Below are positions 12,649-24,132 of a stretch of 64,000 bases of DNA, piece after piece. The notes beneath the pieces were generated by a model. The model worked only from the letters and a program-made list of their open reading frames with translations, searched no databases and had not been told where the DNA came from. Each line of letters begins with the position of its first letter. Positions within the stretch are counted from its first letter, which is position 1. The translations under genes and the position numbers were made by a program. The DNA is from Eledone cirrhosa (taxonomy: Eukaryota): assembly GCA_964016885.1 (NCBI GenBank), contig OZ024741.1, forward strand, positions 230,268,001-230,332,000, given 5' to 3'.

Positions 12649-14373
12649 ACAACAACAACAAACACAGCAACAGCGGCGGCGGCAGTAGTCGTAGTACCTG
12701 CAGCAACAACAAAAGTAACAGCAGCTCTGACGACAACAACAACAACAACAGCAGCAAAGAAAAACCAATCTCGTTTGAAGGTATCGCAAAGAACCTGGAA
12801 ACCATCCTCATAACAAATGAGGAATTAGAAAAAGCGAAGAAGATGGTGACAAAGACTGGACACCGAGCAATCTGCAAGGCAGCCGAACATTTTTTCGAAA
12901 CCCAACAGCACTGTACGGTCACGTACCGTACAGTAAGTACAAATTCCCGTAGGGTTGAAAGAGCCATAGAGGCTCAAATACAAAAAGCTTTGGGGTCCGT
13001 GTGGCAGCGGAAAACGCACATCACCCGAGGCAAGAAATATGCCACCGTAGACGTACTTTTTGCCACACCCCAGGAGGCAAAGGCTCAATCCTTAGTGACC
13101 CTAAGGAGCGAGGAAATGGTGTTGGTGCCCTCCTACTGCGGGCAAAAAATTGTGAGGGTCAAACTGACCCACGCCCCCCCCCCCCCCCCCCCCCCCGGGA
13201 TTGGCCCCTTCTTGGCTGGCCGCGTCTGTCCTCGTCGGAATCGAGGACAAAACAACTGTACTGCAAGTACAGAAAAAAGTAAGAGAAGATTGGGTCGGCT
13301 CCTCCATTGAGATGTTAATCCAAACCAACCAGGAGTGCATCGAAGCTATCCCGGATGTGATAGACTTCGATAACGGCACTCAACTGCCCATAAGTGTTGA
13401 GGGCAAACGCCCAAAATGCTTTCGCTGTGGATCGAAGACTCACCTCAGGGCCTTCTGCAGCGAGAAGACCCTGAGAAAGGAGAAAACCCCCCTCCTTCCG
13501 AAACCGGCTCCACGGCTACCAGCAACAGGTCAAGCGGCAACCAGGAACGATAGGTCCGTGGCACCCATACCCACGCCACGGAAATCAAAAACAGCAGCAG
13601 CAGTGGAAGTATTAACAACAACAACAGCAATACCAAATGCAGCTGCAACAGAGACTCCAGTGCAAACATCACCAACAACAACAAGTGAAAGAGTGGAGCT
13701 GGTACCCCTCCCCGACCTCACAGGTGGGAGAGGGATGGCAAAAGGTCGTAAGAGGGCACAAACGCAAAAGCTGCGCATCGTCGCCTTCGAAAAGGGAGGA
13801 AAGAAATGAAAAAAGGGTAAAGGCTACTGCAAAGAGACTCACAGCAGCAACACCATCACCACCCACACTAGCACCACCATCACCACAAGCGACAAGCCCA
13901 CCGCCAACAACAACAACACCTTCAATACCACCACCACAAGCACCAACATCGCAAACACAACAAAACACACACACCCAGCAACAACGACAAGAAAATAGCA
14001 GAACCCCACCCCACCCCCAGAAAAACAAATGAACAGCAATAAATACACGCAACAAGAAACTAATGACTTACATAATTGAACACACAGACATTTCACAATA
14101 CGACTACATAATACCAGCACCAATCAAAACGCCAACTAACATAAGACTGCTAAAAATAGCACAGAAACAATACACAAACATTAAAACGGAATTCCCCAAC
14201 GCAGTTGGTGATTTCAGAGACCTAGGAGGGACTCTCTAATCGAAGAGTATATTCGGACATACTCATAGAAGAGCCGACAACCAGCCGAAGGGACGATTCA
14301 ACGGTCCCTTCACCAGACGATCAAGTGAAAAGAGATGGAAAAACCATCCCTCCTCTACGAAAAGTACGGTAAG
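12282..14373 (+). pseudogene. Tx1 ORF1, frameshifted (one shift lies in the poly-C run near 13174-13196)
   Basis: CFRCGSKTHLRAFC knuckle; Asn/Ser-rich N-terminus; C-terminal block NIRLLKIAQKQYTNIKTEFPNAVG resembles copy A DLLLVRMSLNSFKEIRESFPQDVG. The end coordinate is approximate. Confidence 0.78.
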
Positions 14374-14407
14374 TGGTCTTTCCCATCTTTTCCACTCTAT
14401 TTTAAAC

Positions 14408-17400
14408 ATGACCTCACTCAGAAGAGGCAGCATAAATGCGCGTGGCTTGGGGTCGTCATGGAAGCAGGGTCACCTGCTCAACGACCTCAGGTCACTAAAC
14501 ATGGATGTAATTGGCCATCAGCGAGACCAGAATCTCCGAAGCACGGGCCATCGCACCGATCTTCGGCGGCTACGATGTGTACGCATCTCCCAGCCGTCCT
14601 GGATCGGGGGGAGGAGTTGCTGTGCTTTTTCGGAGAGGTTTGGATTTCGCCATACGGGCCATCTTCCTGGACCCAGTGGTGGTGCTGGACGTGACCAGCG
14701 GAGACGGGAAAGCTTTCAGGCTAGTCGCCGTCTATGCCCCGACAGGAGCAGGGCGGCCTGATTTCTTCCGGCGTCTGGAGACTTTTCTTGGAACGTCCCG
14801 CTCTTTAGTGTTAGTGGGCGACTGGAACGGGATCTTAGATGCACGCTGTGACTGTGTGGGATTAGCGGATAGGGGTGGAGGGTACAAGAGCCTCACCAAC
14901 CTGCTCAGGCGTTTTGAACGTGTCTGACAGGTACCGATTGGATTTCCCGAATGTGCCAATGTTGACTTGGACAAATCGCATAGGGTCATCCAGATCATAT
15001 CTAGATAGAGTATTTTGTAGGGAAATAGATAGTTCTAGCATAGGCTGTCCACAATTCAAGATAGTCAGCTACACGGACCACAAATTCGTGATCTGTGTGC
15101 TTGACTTAGATAGGCTTCATAGACGAGGACCCGGCTACTGGAAGCTAAACGCGTCCTTACCAGCGCGCAAGGCCTACAGAGACCGGATTAGCGAACTAGT
15201 TAAGCGGGCGTTGACGGGGGCCATCGTCAACAACAGGTGGTGGTTTGCTCTGAAAAGAGCGATTAGAATAGAATCCATTAGGTTTAGTAAGGCTTCAGCA
15301 ATAGAGAAAAATAGAGCAGAGGGAGAACTAGTTAGAAAATTAGACGAGGCGCTTAGCAAAGGCATTGCGACCGACGTGCTTGCGGCGAAATTGGCCCTTG
15401 ACCAATTCTTCAATGCAAAGCACGAAGGCTGCGTTGTCAGAGCTAGGGTGCGTGCTCTCAGACACGAGGGGACGAAAGCCGTTCAATGGGCCCGAGTGGC
15501 GGAGAAGCGGCGTGGCAACAAAGCCACGATCTGGTCTTTGGTGGACCACGACGGGCGCATGCTACTCGATCCTGGCAAATGTGTGAAGCTTTTCAGCGAC
15601 ACTTCACTCAGCTGTTCGGAGGCAGCGGTGGGCCGGGTCGAGGGATGGACTCTAGTGTCTACCTCGACGGACTGCCGCGGCTCTCGGCCACTGAGGCGGA
15701 GTGTTGCGAAAAGCCGATAACAGCCGCTGAAGTAAGGGAGGCAATGACTGGCTGCACAAGGGGTAAATCGCCTGGTTTAGATGGTCTGCCCTATGAACTT
15801 TACGTACAGATGCCAGACTTGTTCGGAGGCCTCTTGGCGGACGTCTACTGCAACTGGCAACAGAACGGGAGAATTCCCAGTTCTGTGAGCCGAGGAGCGG
15901 TGGTGCTGCTGAGAAAGGATCCGAACAAGGGGGATAACATAGATAATTTCAGGCCCATAACTCTGCTAAACACAGAGTTCAACATTTTGGCCAAGGTGCT
16001 AGCAAAGAGGTTGGCGTTTGTCGTTGGTGGTCTGGTGGGAGAGGCGCAGACATGCGCCATTCCAGACAGATCCATCCACGACAAACTCCACCTCATGCGA
16101 TACATCGTAGAGAGGGTAGCTAGGGAACCTGGCACGGGTGGGTCCTTGATCAATTTATATCAGTCGAAAGCTTTCGATAGGGTCGACCATCGTTACCTAG
16201 CGGCAGTCCTGAGGGCGGCTGGCTTTGGGCCCGTCTTTAGAGGCTGGATCGCTGCCATGCACAGCGACATCTGCTCTGTGGTGAGAGTGAACGGTCACCT
16301 TTCGGAACCGTTCAACATCATGCGCTCGGTCCGCCAAGGATGTCCCCTCTCGTCCCTCTTGTACGTATTGACTCTCGAGCCATTACTGCACAAGCTGGAG
16401 ACGTTGAGGGGCGTCCCGCGCGAACTAGGATGCGGAAGATCCGTGTCAGCATATGCGGACGATGTCACCGTAGTGGTGTCGAACGCCAAACACATCGAGG
16501 CGATCGGCACTACACTAAGAGAATACGAAGCGGTGACAGGAGCAATGATTAACCAGGAAAAGTCAGTGGGCCTGCAGCTCGGCACCTGGAGAGGCAGGTC
16601 CATGCCGTCCAACAGCGTCGTCGGACGCTGGACGGACGGACCGGTTAAATTGCTAGGGGTCTGGTTCGGTCCGAACCTCCAGACGGACAAAAACTGGGAC
16701 GAGGTGACGAGCAGGGTGGCTTCTCTCACCCAGAAATGGGCGGAGTGGAATCTATCCCTGAAAGGTCGAGCGGAGGTAGCTAACGCGTACATCGCGTCTG
16801 TCATCTGCTACCGCCTGACCGTCGTACCTTGTCCTAAGCCTCGCCTGACTGCGCTGGAGCGTTTGCTCTTTCGCTTTTTGTGGAAGGGACGCGCTCCGAT
16901 GGTCAGGCGGTCCATCTGTTGTCAATACCCGCTACGTGGAGGGCTGGGCATGCCGTGGCTGATGATGCGTAGGCACGCGCTCAGGCTACGAATTCTCCAC
17001 CTCTTCCTCGACGGTGATCAGGTGTGGTCGTCGTTTGCTAGACACGTATTTCCCCAGCTCGTTTCCTTGACGGAGCTGCAGTCCTGGGTCAAGCGAAGAC
17101 CGAGAGGGAGCGCCTGGAGACTGGAATGTCTTCAGGCGCTCACAGCCCTCGACCAATCGGGCAATGTGATCGGTGGAAACTCCACCTCGGCGTTCTATAG
17201 AGGATTAGTGGAGGGGAAGAGCGACGACATACTTGGGGAAACTCTAGGCGTCGACCTAATCAACTAGCCAATCTCTTCGGAAGTACTTTCGGGCCAGGGC
17301 CTATGGACAACTTCCAGAAATCTCTGGCCTGGCAGTGCTACCGAGGAGCCTTGCCAGTTCGGGATAAACTCTACAGGCATGGAGGTGCCGTCAGCCGGGC

Positions 17401-17818
17401 ATGTCCGAGATGCGCGCAGGGCGACGAAACCGTCCTGCACGCACTCGTCCAGTCTCCGAAAATTGCTGACTTGTGGGTTAATGTCGAACACCTGCTGTCG
17501 CGTGTAGGACGGATCCGGCTATCATCTGAGTCCATCGTGAGGATTGCCCCGCCCTCCTCCTTTAGCCGGGAAGGGCAGGCAGTTTTTATCTGTCTGGTGG
17601 CCATGGCGAAAGAGATAGTATGGTGGACACGTTTGAAAGGGCTGAATACGAGCACTTACCTCTTCGGTGATGCTCTGATTGACTTTTTCAAATTTCATTT
17701 GAAAAGGAAAATCAGAGTAGAGAGGGAAGTGCTCTCTTCCCAGCATTTTGTTGAAAGATGGGTGAGAGAAGCAAGAATGGCCCGAGTGAATGGGCCTACT
17801 CTGAGTATGTATCTGTAA
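14408..17818 (+). pseudogene. Tx1 ORF2 (APE, RT, zf-RVT), disrupted
   Basis: SINARGL, GDWN, YLDR, TDH, WKLN, KSPGLDG, RQGCPLS, YADD, CPRC..ETVLHAL. Confidence 0.93.
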
Positions 17819-18085
17819 ATTAAAGGTGGAAAACTGGGAGAGGGCACTTGCCTTGGTGGTCAGGGTCACTGTGGCCTTTTACTGGGCTTTCTCCACAAAT
17901 GTCCCTCCGAAGTCTCCCCCCTATTGGGGAATTTTTCATTGTTATTTTTTGTTGCATCCTCTGTTCTTGTTTTTTACACGCAGAAATGCCCATTTGTACC
18001 CTCCTGTATTGTACTGCACTGTCCTTAATGTCTACTTTATGTAAACCCTTGTGGTTAATAAAGAAATCATTATTATTATTATTAT

Positions 18086-18088
<3 letters not shown>

Positions 18089-18136
<48 letters not shown>

Positions 18137-18183
18137 CACACACATATATATATATATATACACACACATATATATATATATAA

Positions 18184-18224
<41 letters not shown>

Positions 18225-18355
18225 CACACACATATATATATATATACACACACATATATATATATATATACACACATATATATATATATATACACACATA
18301 TATATATATATATACACACATATATATATATATATACACACATATATATATATAT

Positions 18356-18440
<85 letters not shown>

Positions 18441-18445
18441 CATAC
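18089..18445. repeat. (TA)n/(CA)n compound satellite
   Basis: Directly visible. Confidence 0.95.
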
Positions 18446-18469
18446 AGGCACACCCATATATATCTACAT

Positions 18470-18900
18470 CTAACGCTGCAGTGACTTCATCAAGGAAGGA
18501 TCTGTATTCGGTCTCTCTGTTGCATAATCTTGCACCATACAGAGGGACATTTTTTTCAGCCTAAGATTCAAGAGGCAAAGAGCATAGGATTTGAAAGTAT
18601 CCCCACCCTCGCCTGTGTAGTTTTGTCTGGCACCACCCCTGCATAGTGGAGTTTCCATTATCCATCCGAATCTACATTATCAGATCCACAGAAGGTCGTT
18701 GAGGATCGCCGACTATACCAAACCGGTAGTATCTGTCGTCCGCCCCTAGCCCCTGCTTTTGGCATATAAAAGATTAGGCTTTTTTAGAAGCGGCTTTTAC
18801 TCGTCCCGTCGTAGCTAAATCGCTGGGTTGTTAGAGTTTTCTTGGGAGCTGTCAGTATCACCCTTTGCTCCATCTGCCTTGGTAGAATTATATACCGTAA
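18470..18900 (-). mobile_element. RTE-like LINE fragment (endonuclease and 5' region)
   Basis: Resembles 43045-43820 (MVQ.YA, shared ATAGCTAAATC..TGGGTTG..AGAGTTTT motif). Confidence 0.55.
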
Positions 18901-18949
18901 AACCTTTTTGTTTTCTTCCAAACCACCCCCTTTAAATGGTTTCTAATTT

Positions 18950-20760
18950 ACGCAATTTTTCTTTGCAGGGTTGTCAATTTTATCAGTCCCAATCCTTTAT
19001 AGATACTATAATTTTTCGACCTCGCAAAGTTATAAGGCAAATTTAACTTAGTCAGGATTTGAACGTAGATATTAAAACCCGGAATACATACACCAAAGCA
19101 TTTCGTTTGACGCTTTATCGATTCTGCCAAATAATAATGCACTGCACATTTCATTTGCATTTGTTGATGCCAGAACCACTGCCATCAAATTCAGAAATAT
19201 ATAACAATTGTAAGAGAGTGACTGACTGAAAGAGATTGAAATCGGAGATAAAGTGAAATGGAGTTTCCTTCTATAGATTTGACAGTGTAATTAAAATAAG
19301 ACTGACGAGTGCAGTAGTTATTCCAACTTAGCCCGAGGCAGTCGTGTGAGTTATTCATCAGGAGCGGTTCACTTGTGAAAGACCTTAACATATACTATTA
19401 GCATATTACCTCGGGCCAATCAAAGGAGGGACAGATAAAAAAAGATCAATTCTCAAAAAAGACTTTTTTAAAATGGCTGCCGAATGCTTATTTGATGAAA
19501 CTTGTTCGATGTAGTACAACTGAGATTACAACCTATTTCTGATCGCCTGGGTAAAAGCACGTATATCACAAGCATTAATGTTTTCTTCTATGTGAATGTG
19601 TGTTTAGTTCTCTACTAAGAAATTGTTTGTATCATTGGCTCAAGGAACCGATCCAGTATTTGACTGGTACTTTACCTTCTCGATCCCCCAGGGATGAAAA
19701 CCAAGTTGATTATGTTGAAATTTGAACTCAGACCATAAATACCTAAATAAAATAACACAATGCATTAGATTTAGAGTTAGGGTTAGGTTTTAGTTCAGAT
19801 GTTCTAATGATTCTACTATTCCTAATGTACGTATCTGTAAAGATAATGTCAGAGCTACCATACTATTTGCAATTGGTATAACTAGAATGGTATTCTAACG
19901 TTTCTAGAAGGGTTTCAGGAAATAGCAATACCACACAGAATCTGTAGATATTGTTAGAGTATTCTGAGGGATGTTGATTGGCATAATATTTGGAGCATCG
20001 GGCAAAACGGAACGGTGAATTTGCTCCGGCTCTTTAGATTGTAAGTTTAAATCCCGATGAGGTCAACTGTGCTTTTCATCCTTCTCGGGTCTATAAAATA
20101 AAATACCAATAAAATATTGGATCGATCTAATCGTCTTATTCTTTCCCCACATATTGCTGGCTTTATGCCTAAATTAGAAATCATTGCTAGCTCAGGTGAC
20201 TGGCAGTTTTGGTGGCGAGACAGAAAATACTTTGTGGTATTTGTTCCGGTTCTTTAACTTCGCAGTTCATATCCTATCGAAGTCATAATTACCTTTTATC
20301 CTTCCATGCGAGACAAATAAAGTACCCGTCATGTACTGTTGTCGATATAATCAATTTATTCCCTTTCCTCAATTTCTAGCCCTGTGCTTATGTTTGAAAT
20401 AATTATTATTTTCACACATTTGATACATTTGTAGATTTGTTAACCTTTATAGATTTGAGAATTTTTATCATATTTGTTAATCTCAAGCACTTTTATACGT
20501 GTTTTCCAATATATAACTAATTACAGTTTTAAGAAAGAAAATACTTAACGTATTTTACAAACCATTAATAATAAAGATAATGGATTTTTATTTAAGTACA
20601 AGGCTGGTCATTTAGGGTATGGGAAGTCGATTACATCAACCGAGTATACAACTGGTACATTATTTTGTCGAGCCCTGAAGGGATAAAAGGCAAAATCGAC
20701 CTCAGGGTTTTGGAATCAGTGTACAGAGAGCTGAAATGAATAATGCAAATATTCTATTTC
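18950..20760. mobile_element. Cluster of old, diverged SINE copies (about 18950-19135 -, 19630-19780 -, 19965-20185 +, 20190-20410 +, 20585-20760 -)
   Basis: Degenerate matches to the TTTCATCCTT..GATAAAATAAAGTACCA core and the GAAAT(ATT) tail. Confidence 0.65.
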
Positions 20761-21109
20761 AACATTCTATTTTTTTGAACCACTGAGTGGATAGGAAGTT
20801 GTGAATTTGAAAGTTTGTAGATTCAAATTTTTTTTACTATTAAAAATAATCTAATAAGTTAGGCATATAAACCTCTGGAGACGGAACATCATTGTACAGT
20901 GCCGTCCCAAGGGTGGTATGCCCAATGTATTTCATTATTTTTGATAGTCAAAAATGTTGAAGTTTCTAAAATAAAATTCAAAAATTATATTTAACGGTCT
21001 AATGTACATGTTAGTTCGCCCCCGGGGCATTTAAATACCTTCCGATAAAAATTAGACTCCAAGATACTCAAGTACATATAAAGGGATAAAAGGGCACATA
21101 CCAGGTATT

Positions 21110-21720
21110 ATTATCGGTAGAACATCGGAAAAAATGCTTGCGGCATTTTGCTAAGTCTTTCTACATACTGAGTTCAAATCCCTCCGAGGTCAAATTTACA
21201 TTGCTTCCTTCCGAAGTCGATAAAATAAAGTACCAATTAAATAATGATTTGTACTATAGTCACAAGCCCAATAATGTTTCTTTCGGGGGGTTAGGCGAAA
21301 GTCGATTAAATCGACCCCTGTACGTTACTGGTGCCTTATTTTATCGACCCCTGGAGGATGAAAGGCAAAGTTAACCCCTGCGGGATTTGAACTCAGACCA
21401 CAAACGGCCGTAACCCTATGCTACAAAGCATGGCGTCCGACCCTCTACTGATATTGCCAACCCACTGCCCTAGTATCATTTAAATAATGGAATTGATTTA
21501 ATCGACTTACTCGACCACGAAATTGCTGGCCTTGTGTCCATGCTAGAAATGTTTTAGCAAAGAAATCGATGGATCAGTAAGCATCGGTAGAACGTCGGAC
21601 AAAGTGCTTCGTGGAATTTAATCAAGACTCTAATTTCAAATTCCACAAAGGTCAATTTTACATATCATCCTTACGAGGTCAAGAAAATAATGTACCACTC
21701 AAATACTGAAGTCGGTTCAC
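21110..21720. mobile_element. SINE (+) interrupted by an antisense SINE (21247-21479), followed by another + copy
   Basis: TSD TTAAATAATG at 21237-21246 and 21480-21489; the host SINE resumes after the second copy. Confidence 0.75.
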
Positions 21721-22768
21721 CCCCCAAAAAATAATCTTGTTATCTATTGATGTCTTTTTCTCAAATGACAATTATATATCTGTAACGGAGGTTGGAAATC
21801 ACTCCAAACATAACTACCGGAAGAGTGTATTAATGAAATGGCGGAATGTGGACACAGAATTGACCGAATCGTTATAAGAGTGACACATGCGAAACATGGT
21901 ACGGAAACAGAATCGAGTCCAGACGATGACGCTCCTCAGAAATAACTGAATGTCGTATGTAGAAATGAAAAGAACATTTTATTACAAAATCTATTCTATA
22001 TTAAATCTGAAAAATGGTCCAGATAGAGGACAGTACGTGTAGCCTTAACAGGAAATAGTAACTGAAAATAACAATATTATAGGTCTTGTTATGGTTTACT
22101 ACGATTAATATTTTAATAATTTTGACAGTATTGATAATGAATGCGTATATTATCAGTTATATACATAGTATAACATATAACAACATCATACGATCAGCTG
22201 CAGCGATAACCTTTCAATTCCATTCTTTTACTGCAAATGGATCTAGATCTAGAATGACGTTCACTGATAAACTTATTTTACCTTTCACCTCCGCTTGAGA
22301 ATAGTTTCTACAGTTGTAGTGTTTAAGGGGGTCTTTCTTTTATATATATTTCAAATTGTTCAAATATTTGCGTCTTCTTTCATTATTCATTTCTTGTATT
22401 GTTTGCTCGTGTTGATTCTGACTCTTTTATAAAAACAGATGTTTCTGAAATTTAAGCAAAGCCTAATCTTCGTGGCATACTTGGGAACTTTTGGAAAATT
22501 TCCTATTTATATTATATTTGCCTTGTTTACCTTCATTTTCACAATCTTTGTGAAAAATGGTTAGTGTTCAATTGATTTTGAACATAAAAGTACAGACTGA
22601 TTTTTTCCCCCGTCATATTAATCTTTCTCGAACCTGAAATTCACATAAATTACATATATATATAGCAGCCCTGCCATTCTCGAAAAACCCAAATGGGGAG
22701 AACCATGAAAACAAGTGCCCCGAAACGGGAAGAAATGAAACAAAATGGGAGATTTTACATAATGAAGG

Positions 22769-23202
22769 TGTTTCGACGTGATTAGTCAGTCTGGTCACTA
22801 CTTCTGGACTGTCTGGTCACTACTAAAAGGACTGTTGTCTCATACGGCAAATGATGAACAGACGAAAGCACAAGTTGAAAGGACGAGCAAGGCGAGAAAT
22901 GTAGTTTCGGTCAGCTATTTATTTTCATACATGAAGCGACGATACAGAGGTACAAGGCGTGTGTGAGTGACAAGCGTGGCAGAGGAGAGGAACAACGATA
23001 CGCTAGCTGACTCTGCCAAAGGTGGACTGGCGAAAGTGTTTGGAATCACTCTATTTATACAAAAATAATCGTTAGATGTTTAGCCGCTACGTAGGCGTTT
23101 TATTTTGATGGCTTAAGGGTTGTTTGTTTCACGGTGAGGTAGCTAGCTAAGCAGATAGATGGAGCTGTTTATTTCACAGATGTTATTTCCGGTGGCTGTA
23201 CA
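22769..23202 (-). repeat. 3' LTR
   Basis: Direct repeat of 28115-28581. Confidence 0.95.
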
Positions 23203-23215
23203 TTATTCCCCTGCC
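23203..23215 (-). promoter_or_regulatory. Polypurine tract
   Basis: Minus strand GGCAGGGGAATAA abuts the 3' LTR. Confidence 0.8.
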
Positions 23216-24132
23216 AGATCTTTTGTACAACAAAAGAGCGAAATATCGTATAGTAATGAGCCAGTGGTGCATTTGTCATGACAATAGCCCAAGGAGTGTC
23301 CAGCCCGTTGTGAAGTTTGGTGATCATCGAGTATAGGACAGGTTCGATGTAGAGATGATATGGCAAGATGTGTGTGTCAGGAAGAGAAAAAAGAAATAAA
23401 CTATAAAATGACTTTGACCAGATTTATGCAGGCGTGATGAATGAGCCTGTTGCAATTTGGGTTGAGCTGCCTGTGAATTGCCTGACAAAAGTCTAACAGG
23501 GAAGTGAAAATAACCGTAATGTGTGAACTGAATGGCCGTAAGCATGCTGCCTAAAAGTAACAGTTTGCTCCAAAGCACATGACTTGGGCGAATGCATGTG
23601 GTAAAAAATAGCGAGGCATTCTCGAGCTATTGAGTGAACGTGTACGTGAAAAAAAGAAGGCCAGTGTTTTGAGGATGCGATTTGTGAAATGCGTGATCAA
23701 AGAGAAAACATTTTGTAGTGTAAGAGTTAGAGGGACAAAAATATCTATTGCTCAGTGTATGAACCAAAAGGTGAAACAAACGTGGTTGTGTAGTGTGCAT
23801 GAAAAGCAGAATATGTACACGCCTTATATGTATATAAAAATTATGGCAATTACACAATTAATGTTGCAGAACAAGAAAAAAAAAAAAAATTTGCAAAACA
23901 AGAGAGAGAAGAAAAACAAAATGTTATACATAATGCTATACACAATGTTTGTTCTTAAATAGTGTTTGTAATAGATAATGTTCATAATAAATAATGTTCT
24001 TCGTGACATGAGCTAAAAATTGCAATTGTTCAAGCAGAAAGTTCATTGTATTTGAAACTGTAAATAGTAAACACAAGGAAAATGGGAATGTTTTGCAAGA
24101 AGAATGATTAAGAAACTCACTTGAGGTTAACG

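Larger units (their letters stand above)
12083..18086 (+). mobile_element. Near full-length Tx1/L1-group LINE, copy B (related but distinct subfamily)
   Basis: Begins directly after the copy A tail; same architecture; ends AATAAAGAAATC(ATT)n. Confidence 0.93.

Noticed and set aside
7222-13310. Programmed frameshift in Tx1 ORF1
   Set aside because: The shifts are at different sites: a deletion of about 20 codons in A and a poly-C run in B (slippage or sequencing error).
23216-24132. env-like ORF between the integrase and the 3' LTR
   Set aside because: AT-rich, with only short ORFs and no recognisable motifs.
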